64,000 bases of DNA, taken from assembly GCA_036918135.1 (NCBI GenBank), contig JBALDB010000053.1, forward strand, positions 64,001-128,000. Reading direction: 5' to 3'. The position numbers and the translations under genes were made by a program. Source of the stretch: Nostoc sp. (GTDB taxonomy: Bacteria > Cyanobacteriota > Cyanobacteriia > Cyanobacteriales > Nostocaceae). The notes below the pieces were generated by a model. It worked only from the letters and a program-made list of their open reading frames with translations, was not told the origin of the DNA and did not search any database. Every line of letters starts with the position of its first letter. The first letter of the stretch is position 1. This document shows, in pieces, positions 40,869 through 51,353 of this stretch.

Positions 40869-42164
40869 CTAACACCAAGTTTGCACAACACAACCCTGTA
40901 ATTCTTGCCCCAACCAGGGTGTATTTTGTGAAAGTGTATGCAGATTTTTCCTTTCAACTTTCCAGGTTTGCTGAGGGTCAAATAAAGTTAGTTCAGCCTT
41001 TTGCTCGGAGGTAATTGCACTGAGTTTCTGCCCCAAACACTTTGCTGGATTACTGCTCAACGCACCCCATAATTCTAAAGCTGTAAATTCTCCAGTTTCC
41101 ACAAGATATTGCCACAGCAAGGGTAATGCTAACTCAAAACCAATTGCTCCGGCTGGCGCTTCGGCAAAAGCTTGGACTTTTTCTTCGTAGGTATAAGGTG
41201 CGTGGTCGATCGCGATGGCATCTATAACCCCCTCACGTACTCCTGCACGCAACGCCATTACATCACTGGCATTGCCTAAAGGCGGGTCTAAATGCAGGCT
41301 GGTATTATAGCTCTTAACTGCTTTAGTGTCTAGTAAGAGATGCATCCAAGTAGTGCTGGCTGTGATGGGTAAACCAGCAGCCTTAGCCGAAGCGATTAAT
41401 TCCACACTGCGGGCTGTGGAGACGCGCATGATATGTACTGGTGTGCCTATGGCTGCAACTAATTCAAGCATTGCAGCGGTAGCACTTGTTTCGGCGCTGG
41501 CGGGTACTGGCGGTAAGCCTAAACGCAGTGCTTGGGCACCTTCTCTAATTACACCATTTGCAGCTAATTGGCGATCGCAAGGCCAAAATGCAACTGGTTT
41601 ACCCAACGGTTGAAGATACTCTAACACCCGCCGTACTAGCGCTAAATTTTCTAAAGGTTTACCATCTGTAAAACCAACAACTCCAGCCGACGCTAAATCT
41701 GCCAATTCCGTCATTTGCTTTCCAGCAATATCTAAGGTAATCGCACCCCAGATATGAAGCCGGGGAGCCGGGGAGCAGGGGAGCAGGGGAGAAGAATGTA
41801 AACTCTCGTGTACCCCTCTGCTCCTCATCTGCTGCAACTGTGCCACAAGTGCAGGATTATCAATAGCTGGGGATGTATCGGGTAATATACTAACTCTAGT
41901 AAAGCCGCCGACAGCAGCGGCTTGCAACAGAGATACAAGAGTTTCCCGTTCTTCAAACCCCGGTTCGCCGGAGTGGCTGTATAAATCTACTAAGCCAGAA
42001 CCAAGAACTAATCCCCGACAATCTCTGATTTGAGTATCAGAACTGATATCACAAATGCAAGAAGCCACTGCTTGGATATAACCATCAGCAATCAGTACAT
42101 CAAATAGTTCGTCGGTTTGGGAAACTGGGTCAATTAGCCGTACTTGTTGCAGCAGTTCAGTCAT
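40869..42164 (-). CDS. pyrC: Dihydroorotase-like protein (probably the inactive PyrC' type)
   Basis: EPGFEERET, GGFT and DHAP motifs; metal ligands degenerate (DLYSH, HIMRVS). Confidence 0.85.
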   Translation of the reverse strand: MTELLQQVRLIDPVSQTDELFDVLIADGYIQAVASCICDISSDTQIRDCRGLVLGSGLVDLYSHSGEPGFEERETLVSLLQAAAVGGFTRVSILPDTSPAIDNPALVAQLQQMRSRGVHESLHSSPLLPCSPAPRLHIWGAITLDIAGKQMTELADLASAGVVGFTDGKPLENLALVRRVLEYLQPLGKPVAFWPCDRQLAANGVIREGAQALRLGLPPVPASAETSATAAMLELVAAIGTPVHIMRVSTARSVELIASAKAAGLPITASTTWMHLLLDTKAVKSYNTSLHLDPPLGNASDVMALRAGVREGVIDAIAIDHAPYTYEEKVQAFAEAPAGAIGFELALPLLWQYLVETGEFTALELWGALSSNPAKCLGQKLSAITSEQKAELTLFDPQQTWKVERKNLHTLSQNTPWLGQELQGCVVQTWC

Positions 42165-42289
42165 AAAAGTTTTGAATAATGAGTTATGAGTTAGGAGTTA
42201 TGAGTTATAAGTTATTTGCTGTTTGTTCATCACTCTTAACTTTATTCCTTACTCCTAACTATTAACTCAGCAATCAGCACTTAGCACTC

Positions 42290-43639
42290 CTACAACGCCC
42301 CGGCTGCTGTTTTATCTAATACGCCTCCACCCAGGTGAGTGGTGATGTTCATTGCTTGTAATACTGGTGCATTTAGTCCAGAAGGATAATCGATAACACT
42401 AACAGCGCCATTTCCCTGACGAAAATTCCAGAAATTTTCTAGCGATAAACCAAGAATGTGACAAAGCAAGGTTTTATTCGTAGCATCGTGGGCTACTACT
42501 AAGACGGTTTTGAGTTGATTAGTTAATGCTGTTTGCACAATTAATTCCCAAGCTGCAACGCTACGTTCCCATACCTGTTGCAAATTTTCTCCTTCAGGCA
42601 TTTGGACTTTGGCTGGGACTAACCGCCAACGCTGTAACTCTCCTGGAAATTCTTGCTCTATTTCTGTTTCTAATTTTCCTTCCCAGAGTCCGTGGCTGAT
42701 TTCTCTTAAACCATTTTGTAATTCCAACTCTACGCTCGGATGCTGTTTTAAGATAATTTCTGCTGTTTCTTTAGGACGTAGCATTGGGCTACTTACAGCA
42801 TAATCGATCGCTACTTTTTGCAGAAATTCGCTTGCTTTTTGCGACTGCTGTCTGCCGTTCTCGTTGAGGGGAACATCAATTTGCCCTTGAAATCTAGTTT
42901 GGCGATTCCACTCTGTTTCCCCATGACGCACTAGCAGTAATCTTACTCCTTGATGTTCTGGTCTAAATGACGGTAGAGTTTCTCCGCTATGTTGTGTCTG
43001 GTTCAAAGACTCTAACTGGACTGGTTCCCCCAATCCTCCAGCAAAATTTAGTACGCTAATACCACAGTTAGATTGCTGTATTGAATGGTAACGACTTGGG
43101 GGAATTCCTAATGCTGTACCGATCAGAGCGCGATTAATACCGTTATGTCCGACAATCAGAATGGTTTCGCCTTGGTGCTGTGACAAAATTTCTTGCCAAA
43201 ACTGCCGCGCTTGTTCGTATAAAGCCAGAACCGGAAAATGTTCTCTTATACCGTTTTCATCGTTGAGCAGCATCCGCAGTTCGTGAGGACGTTCGTGCCA
43301 AGTGCGGTAGTCTTCGGCTAACTCCTGCTTGACTTGGGCTGTAAGCATTCCTTCCCACAAAGGGAGGTCAATTTCTAGCAGCAAATCAGAAACTTGCACA
43401 ACAGCCGACTGTTCGAGATCGGAAATTAACTCACTGTGGATAATATCAGCTGTGTGTTTGGCTCGTTGCAACGGACTGCTATAAATAGCATCAAATAAAA
43501 TATTACTGAGGGCTTTGCCTAGTTTAGTGGCATCGTTACGACCTTTATCGGTTAATTTTGACGCATCAGTGCGCCCTTGGATACGCCGCTCGGTGTTATA
43601 ACCGCTTTGACCGTGGCGCACTATGATGACACGAGTCAT
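42290..43639 (-). CDS. Tandem histidine-phosphatase protein
   Basis: Two RHG motifs (VRHGQS, VRHGET). Confidence 0.92.
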   Translation of the reverse strand: MTRVIIVRHGQSGYNTERRIQGRTDASKLTDKGRNDATKLGKALSNILFDAIYSSPLQRAKHTADIIHSELISDLEQSAVVQVSDLLLEIDLPLWEGMLTAQVKQELAEDYRTWHERPHELRMLLNDENGIREHFPVLALYEQARQFWQEILSQHQGETILIVGHNGINRALIGTALGIPPSRYHSIQQSNCGISVLNFAGGLGEPVQLESLNQTQHSGETLPSFRPEHQGVRLLLVRHGETEWNRQTRFQGQIDVPLNENGRQQSQKASEFLQKVAIDYAVSSPMLRPKETAEIILKQHPSVELELQNGLREISHGLWEGKLETEIEQEFPGELQRWRLVPAKVQMPEGENLQQVWERSVAAWELIVQTALTNQLKTVLVVAHDATNKTLLCHILGLSLENFWNFRQGNGAVSVIDYPSGLNAPVLQAMNITTHLGGGVLDKTAAGAL

Positions 43640-43813
43640 CGCAAAAAGCCCTCCTGTGTCTAGACGACTAATTTTACTGCAAAATTATTGCACAAGTATC
43701 TAATAGGGAACGCAGATTAATTAAACCACATTCCTAAGTATTTGAGTCAGCAGTAAAATAAATCGCTCGTCGGGCACATACACTCAAGCTAAAGCATCAA
43801 TCTTTATACTTGA

Positions 43814-44167
43814 TTATTCTCTGCGTATATCTAACTGTACTTGTAATCCATCATTGCCATTCCCAGACTGAGCGGGTTCTAGGAAAACCGAAGTATCTGG
43901 CTGTGATAATGATTCGTTGAAGCGTATTTGAGTTGGAGTTTTTTTGTTTGTTTGATTATTATTGGAAATCCTTGAAGGATTAGTTTGCTCAAAAAAGCTT
44001 GTAAAGTCATTTTTGGCTGTTCTATTATTAATTCCAACTAGAGAATCTCCAGCTCTTGTGTATTGTTCTGGATTTGAGCTTGATACTGATGACTGTGCAT
44101 ACACTCGGCTTCCTAAGCAGGCAAAGGCTGCCGTAATTCCTAAGAAAGCAATAATTTTGGTATTCAT
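43814..44167 (-). CDS. Secreted hypothetical protein
   Basis: Signal peptide ending VYA; C-terminal GLQVQLD. Confidence 0.7.
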   Translation of the reverse strand: MNTKIIAFLGITAAFACLGSRVYAQSSVSSSNPEQYTRAGDSLVGINNRTAKNDFTSFFEQTNPSRISNNNQTNKKTPTQIRFNESLSQPDTSVFLEPAQSGNGNDGLQVQLDIRRE

Positions 44168-44283
44168 TTTTTATCAAAATTTTTTATATATTGCTTATCT
44201 TTATTTTCTGGGCAAGTTCTTTTAATTCACTCTATCTTTGGTTAAATCAACAAGAATTTTATTGTGTATATCTTTAGATAATT

Positions 44284-44422
44284 GTAGGTTGAGTTGTAGC
44301 TTGCTTTCCCGTAGGGGTACGAAATAAAACCCAACAAAACCCCGTAAATGTTGGATTTTGTTCATCAAACGCCACTTGCTTAAAGTCGGCAGAGCCGCCC
44401 AACCAGTGGCTCCCCAACCTAC
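44284..44422. repeat. GTAG-REP-like palindrome with two nested small repeats
   Basis: Outer arms GTAGGTTG/CAACCTAC, inner AAAACCCAACA/TGTTGGATTTT, inserts at 44297-44319 and 44371-44412. Confidence 0.65.
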
Positions 44423-44487
44423 GTAGTTTAAGGTTTTTGGCGCTAACACTAAGCGTGCGGAAGTAGATTTAAAATTTTATCTTTAGC

Positions 44488-45048
44488 TCAACTCAAATCT
44501 AGCCAACCAAAAATTTGTTCTACAGTCAGTTCTAATTTAATTCCCTCAAGAATAGGTAATTTGTCAGCACCTTCGTATAATTCCACTCGTTGTCCGGGAA
44601 ACACTCCCAGCACACTTTCATCTTCTAGGTTGATTAACCAGCCAACTTCAGTACCATTGCGCGAATAATGCAATAATTTACTCAACACTTTTTTTAGCCT
44701 TTGGTCTGGGGACAGAATTTCAATTGCCCAGTCGGGATGAATTTCAAAGCGATTAACAATTCTGCCGGATGGAGTTTTAGGAATTCTATCCCAGCGAAAC
44801 ACAGACACATCAGGGACGATAGAAGCACCGCCAAAAGTGCAGCGTAGTTCTGAGAAAGCGTAAGCAATTTTTGGGCTTTCAGTTACGTTATTAATGACGT
44901 TACAAAATTTAGCCTGTAGTCGCCTATGTTCCCCTTGAGGCATAGGTTTTTGAATGATTTCTCCGTTGAGAAAATCTGATGCTGGTTCAGTTTCCGGCAG
45001 TTTGAGGAACTCTTCTAAAGTTAGTTGGGGTTGAGTTGCGATCGCCAT
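44488..45048 (-). CDS. Uma2-family endonuclease
   Basis: ELRCTFGG, VPDV and PDWAIEILSP motifs. Confidence 0.92.
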   Translation of the reverse strand: MAIATQPQLTLEEFLKLPETEPASDFLNGEIIQKPMPQGEHRRLQAKFCNVINNVTESPKIAYAFSELRCTFGGASIVPDVSVFRWDRIPKTPSGRIVNRFEIHPDWAIEILSPDQRLKKVLSKLLHYSRNGTEVGWLINLEDESVLGVFPGQRVELYEGADKLPILEGIKLELTVEQIFGWLDLS

Positions 45049-45109
45049 AATTAAATAAAATACAGGAGATGGTTTTATTATCGGCGTTAGCCAAGCGTCA
45101 AACTACACG

Positions 45110-48100
45110 CTAACTCTCAACCTGCCGCAGTTCCTCCAATTCTTCTGGCGTTAGGGGATTATTTCCTGAGTTGAGTGCTTCTATCCAACGTAGCCGTCGC
45201 TGCTTGACGCAATCAGAGTAATCGAGTGCGCTACTGTCTACAGCAGCTTGAAAGTCTTCTAATGCACCTACTAAGTCACCTATCAGTAATCTAGCCAGCC
45301 CCCGGCTATCTTGATAGCGTTTATTATCAGGATTTAAAGAAACAGCTTTTTCACCGAAGCGGAGAACAGCTTTAGCATAGCCGTGTAAACAGCCAACCCA
45401 GCAGATACTATGCCAAAATTCCGCAGAATTTCTCAAACTTTCGTCAAATTGTTGGGCTTGCTTGAAAGCTTCCTGTGCTTCTTTTACTTTGCCTTCTTCC
45501 ACCCAACTGATGCCCTGACTCAAGGCAAACGCAGCTGCAAAAGCCGAGTCTTGGGTCAACTTTGGAGATATAGCTACTGCTTTATGTAGCCCTTTGGCAT
45601 TGAGCCATTTAGTGTCACTTTTCCAGGCAACTGTTTTCAGGTTGGCACTGCTGAGGTTGGCACAGATAAAATTAGCACCGCTGAGGTCGGCATCTCTGAG
45701 GTCGGCACCTCTGAGGTCGGCACCTCTGAGGTCGGCATCTCTGAGGTCGGCATCTCTGAGGTCGGCACCTCTGAGGTTAGCACTTGTGAGATTAACACCC
45801 CTAAGGTTGGCACGGCTGAAGTTAGCGCCTCTAAAGTTGGTATCCCTCAGATTAGCGCGGCTGAGGTTGGCACTGCTGAGGTTGGCACGGCTGAGATTAG
45901 CACGGCTGAGATTGGCACGGCTGAGATTAGTCTCGCTGAGGTTACCACCGCTAAAGTTAGCATCTGTGAGATTGGCATCACTGAGGTTAGCATTGCTGAG
46001 GTTGGCATTGCTGAGGCTGGCACTGCTGAGGTTAACGCTGCTAAGGTTAGCACTGATAAAGTTAGCATCCCTGAGATTGGCATCCCTAAGATTGGCAAAG
46101 CTGAGGTTGGCACGGCTGAGGTTGGCAGAGCTGAGATTAGCATCCCTAAGGTTGGCAAAGCTGAGGTCGGCACGGTTTAGATAGGCATTACTGAAGTTGG
46201 CACTGCTGAAAAATAATCTTAAACTGTCTCTAAAGGCAAACAAACCCAGGCAGTGACTATAGCCGATAATACGAAGCAAGCATTCTGAGTCAAATTGAGG
46301 AGTATTATATTTACCGCAGGGATGAAAACTAATTTTGTCTTTGAGGTTGTTTTCTGTTTGGGCATAGCGATGCAACTCTAGCAGCAAAATCATCACATTC
46401 AGCCCTGTACATACATCCACTTGTCGCAATCCCAAGTGATTTTCTCGCTCTGGTACTTGCTCCCGCAATTGTTTTTTCTTCATCTGAGGCAGGTTTACAT
46501 CGTCTGCATCAATAAATTCCCCATCGCACCAACGAAAGTAGAAATGCTCCAATCTTTGGAACAGTTGACACAAGCGTTCCACGTCGTGAAATTCTGAACT
46601 CTCAGCCAACAACCCCATCAAATATTCCACAATCTCACGGGTTAAATTCCCATACCCTAATAAATCGTAAATCTGCTTATCCATTAGGACTGTGGTAACA
46701 AAGTCTTCTTCGCGCTGACGCTTGCTTACCTTGGTTGTCCAATCTACAAAGCTTTCTAGTACCCGTTGTGCGAATAAAAACTCGCTAAAACTCTTGTGGA
46801 TAAATTCAACAGAGCCGCCTTTATCGCCTGAAGCTGGTTTAATATAAAATGCCGTCAACAAATTATTGAGTTGCTTATCTTGTTGATGTTTGTGGAAGTG
46901 ATTCTCTTGTCTGGCTTGCTGAATTAACTTGCCAGCTGGGTTGTTACTGTCTTTGAGCCGTGCTTCTAACATCGTGACTCTGGCAGATTCATTCCCAGAC
47001 TGCACTACACACAAAGCGGCTTCAGTGAGAAATTGCCGCAAATCTTCGCTCTCCAATCCAGTCAAGCGGGAGTTATGATTCTGATTTTCACTATCACGCT
47101 GTTTTTCTAGTACCCACTTCACCGATTGGTCATAGATACGGATTTTTGCTTTAATACCCTCTGCGCCTGCAAACATTTGGACGTTAAAACGGTTATCTCG
47201 GTGCATCCGCGCCAGTAAATAGAGCAGTAAAGGTTCTCGTGCTAGTTTATTTTTAACTTGTTCGGGGCAAGCGTACAAAAACTTTTCAAACTCACTCTTA
47301 TTAATTTGAGCCGCAACTGACCATTTCTCCAACCATTTGTGCCGAATTGAGTCATCCATTGGCTGAAGTTGGACGCGCTTGAGGCTTTTGGTTTGTGAAA
47401 GAAAGCGCTCATTTCCTTGCAGCGCCAAGGGACGACCGGTAACCAAAAACTGATGATGACAAAGGCGGTCTTTTTGAAACTGTTCCACCTGTTCTAAAAA
47501 TTCTCTCAAGCCACCACTTGCTCGTCCTTCCAGCAACAACTCGTCAAATCCATCGAGTAAAAATAAAAAGCGAGTATTTTTATCAGTCAGCCAGCCTGAA
47601 TCACTGGTGACAAAATCAAGGTGTTGTAAATAGTTTTCTAGAGTATCAGTTAAGTTATCTTTTAGTACTCGCAAATCTCGCAACCGAATCAGAATTGGGG
47701 TAAAAGTGGGATGCAATTCTCGCCGCACCCAATCGGCAAACATCCGACAAAAGAGACTTTTCCCCCGTCCGGCTTCGCCTTGAATAAACAAAACTTGTTT
47801 GTGTTTCGGGTCTGGCTCGTTGAGTATTGTCTTAACCCACGCTTCCAATTCAACATTTGTATTGTCTTCGGCATCGAGTTCTTTGACTTGCAACGGTACA
47901 TACAAATCCCGAAAGGTAATATTGCTTTCATCAAAAATCTTTTCTTCTGGCTTTGGTTTTATTACCTGTTCCAAATAATCTTCAATATCTAGATTTTTCT
48001 CTAGTTTCTCTTTTCCGCCAACGCTGTACCATCTCCAAAGTTTGTCTATTTTATCTGTAACTTCTATTAATGCGTCTTGCATTTTTTTATCGGTGTGACA

Positions 48101-48700
48101 CGCTACCCGTTGAGTGAAGGTCTTTGCTTGTGTCTCGGTTAATCCGGCTTCTTGTAAGCGTTGCTGTAAAATCTGATTAAATGATTCTGCTAGTTGAGAT
48201 TCATGGAAACAGAGAATTGCTCTTTTCACTTCCCGCCGATTAAACTCTTGCTCGCCTAATTTCTGAATCTGCAATGCTAAAGCATGAGAAGCTGGCAGGT
48301 TTGGATCGATTTTTAGGAGTAATTTGGAATCTTGTTTGAGAATGTCCTGAAAACTATCTATGTAAGCAGCCTGGCTAATTATGAGGACACAGTTTTCTAA
48401 ACTTAGCTGTTTATGGGTTGCATCAACAATGAACTTTAATATACTAATGGCGATGGGTGCAAAGGGAATCACTTCCTTGGTAATTTGACCGAGAGGAGAA
48501 TTAAATACATCTAAGAGCGAGGAAATCTGTTCTATATAAGGTTTGAAGTTTGGAACATTGGGTTTTTGTTCCTTAATTGCTTTTGCTAAATCAAGCACGG
48601 CTTTAGCAGCTTCGGCTCCAGTCTTTGTTACCTCTACACCTTGTCCCCAGTTTAACTCCTGAATGTTTCGCAAAAACTTCCACTGCTTCGTCATCGCCAT
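45110..48700 (-). CDS. NACHT/STAND NTPase with pentapeptide repeats and C-terminal TPR-like helices
   Basis: Walker A GEAGRGKS, Walker B FLLDGFDE, VTGR, PLLL and FIHKSFSEF motifs; long A(N/D)LxX array. Confidence 0.9.
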   Translation of the reverse strand: MAMTKQWKFLRNIQELNWGQGVEVTKTGAEAAKAVLDLAKAIKEQKPNVPNFKPYIEQISSLLDVFNSPLGQITKEVIPFAPIAISILKFIVDATHKQLSLENCVLIISQAAYIDSFQDILKQDSKLLLKIDPNLPASHALALQIQKLGEQEFNRREVKRAILCFHESQLAESFNQILQQRLQEAGLTETQAKTFTQRVACHTDKKMQDALIEVTDKIDKLWRWYSVGGKEKLEKNLDIEDYLEQVIKPKPEEKIFDESNITFRDLYVPLQVKELDAEDNTNVELEAWVKTILNEPDPKHKQVLFIQGEAGRGKSLFCRMFADWVRRELHPTFTPILIRLRDLRVLKDNLTDTLENYLQHLDFVTSDSGWLTDKNTRFLFLLDGFDELLLEGRASGGLREFLEQVEQFQKDRLCHHQFLVTGRPLALQGNERFLSQTKSLKRVQLQPMDDSIRHKWLEKWSVAAQINKSEFEKFLYACPEQVKNKLAREPLLLYLLARMHRDNRFNVQMFAGAEGIKAKIRIYDQSVKWVLEKQRDSENQNHNSRLTGLESEDLRQFLTEAALCVVQSGNESARVTMLEARLKDSNNPAGKLIQQARQENHFHKHQQDKQLNNLLTAFYIKPASGDKGGSVEFIHKSFSEFLFAQRVLESFVDWTTKVSKRQREEDFVTTVLMDKQIYDLLGYGNLTREIVEYLMGLLAESSEFHDVERLCQLFQRLEHFYFRWCDGEFIDADDVNLPQMKKKQLREQVPERENHLGLRQVDVCTGLNVMILLLELHRYAQTENNLKDKISFHPCGKYNTPQFDSECLLRIIGYSHCLGLFAFRDSLRLFFSSANFSNAYLNRADLSFANLRDANLSSANLSRANLSFANLRDANLRDANFISANLSSVNLSSASLSNANLSNANLSDANLTDANFSGGNLSETNLSRANLSRANLSRANLSSANLSRANLRDTNFRGANFSRANLRGVNLTSANLRGADLRDADLRDADLRGADLRGADLRDADLSGANFICANLSSANLKTVAWKSDTKWLNAKGLHKAVAISPKLTQDSAFAAAFALSQGISWVEEGKVKEAQEAFKQAQQFDESLRNSAEFWHSICWVGCLHGYAKAVLRFGEKAVSLNPDNKRYQDSRGLARLLIGDLVGALEDFQAAVDSSALDYSDCVKQRRLRWIEALNSGNNPLTPEELEELRQVES

Positions 48701-49065
48701 AGACTATTCTCCACTAGCGCCGATTTGGAAAAAATGCACCTGTATAACGCTTCTTGTTCGTATACAATAGACTTTAACCTCACTTCCGTTCTTCTCTTCT
48801 AAAAAAAAGAGGCTTTGAGGCTTACTCCCCAACGCTACAAGGGTTCGGGTTGAGCGTTAGGTCGATATTGGATTTAATTGAGAGCCGCTATATTACTTGA
48901 CTCATAGTCAACTAGTTAAAACCTTGTTTAACTGTCAGTTCTAACTCGGTATCATTGAGTGTAGGCGACTAATAAGTTATTGTATATAACTTCACTTGCT
49001 ACTTGTAAACGCTGTTAGTACAGTGTTAAGTTTTACGCAGAGGCGTAGAGACGTAAAGAATATTA

Positions 49066-49390
49066 TCAAAAACTGATTAATGAGTATCAAAGGTGGATTT
49101 ATTTAGTTCAAAGACTCATTAATGAAGCTCAAATACTCATTAAAGGAGTTCAAAGACTCATTAATGAACCTCAAAGACTCATTAATGAACCTCAAAGGCT
49201 CATTAAAGGAGTTCAAAGGCTCATTAATGGAGTTCAAATACTCGTTAAAGGAGTTCAAAGGCTCATTAAAGGAGTTCAAATACTCGTTAAAGGAGTTCAA
49301 AGGCTCATTAATGGAGTTCAAATACTCATTAAAGGAGTTCAAAGGCTCATTAATGAACTTCTGAGCTTCATCCACGAGTCTCAAAGACTC
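49066..49390. repeat. 21-bp tandem array, about 15 units (consensus TCAAA(G/T)(A/G)CTCATTAA(A/T)GGAGT)
   Basis: Units start every 21 bp from 49066 to 49381. Confidence 0.92.
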
Positions 49391-49500
49391 CACAATTACG
49401 AATTACCTAGCTTGCTTCTCGACTTTGACGAGTATAGCCGTAGTTACATAGGTTAAGACATAATGACAAGCATGAATGCTATGAATAAATAGTTCTACCT

Positions 49501-49566
49501 TCTGCCTCCTGCCTCCTGCCTCCTGCCTCCTGCCTTCTGCCTCCTACCTCCTGCCTCCTGCCTCCT
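49501..49566. repeat. STRR heptamer (CTGCCTC)n, about 9 copies
   Basis: Direct reading. Confidence 0.9.
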
Positions 49567-49586
49567 CTTAATATTAGGAATTACCA

Positions 49587-51353
49587 TTAACTCCGTTGCC
49601 AAATTTTAATTGTCTTATCTAAACTTCCGCTAACTAACATCTCACCGGAAGCTGTAAAGGCTAATGCTGTAACTATATTCTCATGACCTGTAAACGTACC
49701 CAGCAATTCTCCAGTTTGCAGATGCCATAATTTGATGGTTCGGTCGGCACTACCGCTGGCGATAATTTGTTCATCAGGACTCAAGGCGATCGCATACACT
49801 CTATCTTTATGTCCTTTAAGGGTATGGAGTAATTCCCCAGTCTCCAATTGCCAAACTTTAATCGTTTGATCCCAGCTACCACTCACCAGCAGTTTACCAT
49901 TTGTACCGATCGCCAAGGAACCAACGATATGAGAATGACCCATCAGGGTATGCAGCGGTTGTGTATCTTTTAAACTGAGGATTCCCGTATCGGCTGAAAT
50001 CTGCCAAACTTTGATTTTACGATAGCTACCTGTAACCACAGTTTGCCCGTCTGGACTCAAAACCAAAGAATGAGCAGCTGTATCATCTAAAGAAAGAGCG
50101 ATCGCTACCTGACGGTGAATCAAATCCCAAAACAGAATTTTTCTATCATCTCCGCCTGTCGCTAACATTCTGCCATCTGGAGTAAACGCAGCACAGCGCA
50201 CTACTCCATGATGTTTGTGCAGGATATCTATTAAGTCCAAAGCGCCCACGTGCCAGATTTTGATTGTCGAGTCTGCACCGCAAGTGACTAAAGTTTGTCC
50301 ATCTGAACTAAAGGCTAAGGAATTTACTTCATCCACTAGCCCAGATATCACCCAAGGATACTCTGATAATGTATCTATTAATTCACCTTTGCTTAAATCC
50401 CAAAGCTTTGTCTCGCCCCGACTACCACTTGCCAATATAGGTAAAATTTTCCCATTATTACACCTGGAACTAAAAGCCAAGCAATTAATTCCTCTGCTGT
50501 GCCCTTTTAAAGTCTGCCAGCATTCCCACTCACCTACTACCTTTTTGAGAGAATGCTCTGGTGGTAGAGTTTGTATTGTCTCTATCGTTCTTTGATTAAT
50601 TAGTGAGGATGTGTCTTTTTTGCCAATAAGTGATTCTAAATACCAACTCAATCCCCCCGCATATAACAAATTACTCGGAGTAATATGCAGTTTTGGTTCC
50701 GGAAATTCTAATTGATTTGTAGGTAAAAATCCAGTTATTATACTTTGTCTTTCGTAACCTAATTTACCTGTGTATGGATAAAACAAACACAGAAAAATTA
50801 ATACTTGGTGATTTCTCAAATCTTCTTGAGTCACCGACCATTTTATTTTGTCTTTCTTAATACCATTAAAACTTTCGCCATCAGCAACGTAAACTTGAAC
50901 GCCCAGGTGAGGATTATCTTTAAGTACATAAGTAAATTTGCTTTGACCGCATAAATTTCCCTCGTCATCTAAAGTGATGTTTTGCAAAGTGTCTTGGGGA
51001 ATTTTTTTAACTAACTTACTCAGACGTTCAGCGATTACGCGATCGACAATTTTTTCCCGTAAAAGATAATTTTGGGCTTGCTGCTGGAAATATGTGGGAA
51101 AAGGAATCATCCAATCTGGAGGTTCGGGATATTCAGGCGGCATAGGCGGCGGATTTTTGGCAAGAACCTCTGCCTGTTGACGAGAAAGTTCCAGGAGTTT
51201 TGCCAATGGCTCACCCCAAAATGCCATAATTTCTGTGTGGCAACCTTTGACTTGACTTTCGAGTAAAGACAAGTCGTAAGTTTTGGGTTTTTTCACACGT
51301 TGAAGGAAGTCAGTTTGTTGAGCTTTGAGTAAGCTAATCCAATCCATCTGCAT
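49587..51353 (-). CDS. WD40-repeat protein with an N-terminal domain homologous to that of 5145-5828
   Basis: GH...SGS.D.TIKIW repeats; N-terminus MDWISLLKAQQTDFLQRVK. Confidence 0.9.
   Translation of the reverse strand: MQMDWISLLKAQQTDFLQRVKKPKTYDLSLLESQVKGCHTEIMAFWGEPLAKLLELSRQQAEVLAKNPPPMPPEYPEPPDWMIPFPTYFQQQAQNYLLREKIVDRVIAERLSKLVKKIPQDTLQNITLDDEGNLCGQSKFTYVLKDNPHLGVQVYVADGESFNGIKKDKIKWSVTQEDLRNHQVLIFLCLFYPYTGKLGYERQSIITGFLPTNQLEFPEPKLHITPSNLLYAGGLSWYLESLIGKKDTSSLINQRTIETIQTLPPEHSLKKVVGEWECWQTLKGHSRGINCLAFSSRCNNGKILPILASGSRGETKLWDLSKGELIDTLSEYPWVISGLVDEVNSLAFSSDGQTLVTCGADSTIKIWHVGALDLIDILHKHHGVVRCAAFTPDGRMLATGGDDRKILFWDLIHRQVAIALSLDDTAAHSLVLSPDGQTVVTGSYRKIKVWQISADTGILSLKDTQPLHTLMGHSHIVGSLAIGTNGKLLVSGSWDQTIKVWQLETGELLHTLKGHKDRVYAIALSPDEQIIASGSADRTIKLWHLQTGELLGTFTGHENIVTALAFTASGEMLVSGSLDKTIKIWQRS

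Noticed and set aside
49066..49390. CRISPR array (also considered for 60615-60866)
   Set aside because: Units are contiguous with no unique spacers, and no cas genes are in the window.
49103..49393. Heptad-repeat ORFs as real genes (also 49122-49364, 60646-60933)
   Set aside because: Open frames follow automatically from a stop-free 21-bp unit and there is no clear RBS; kept only as a hypothesis in the findings.
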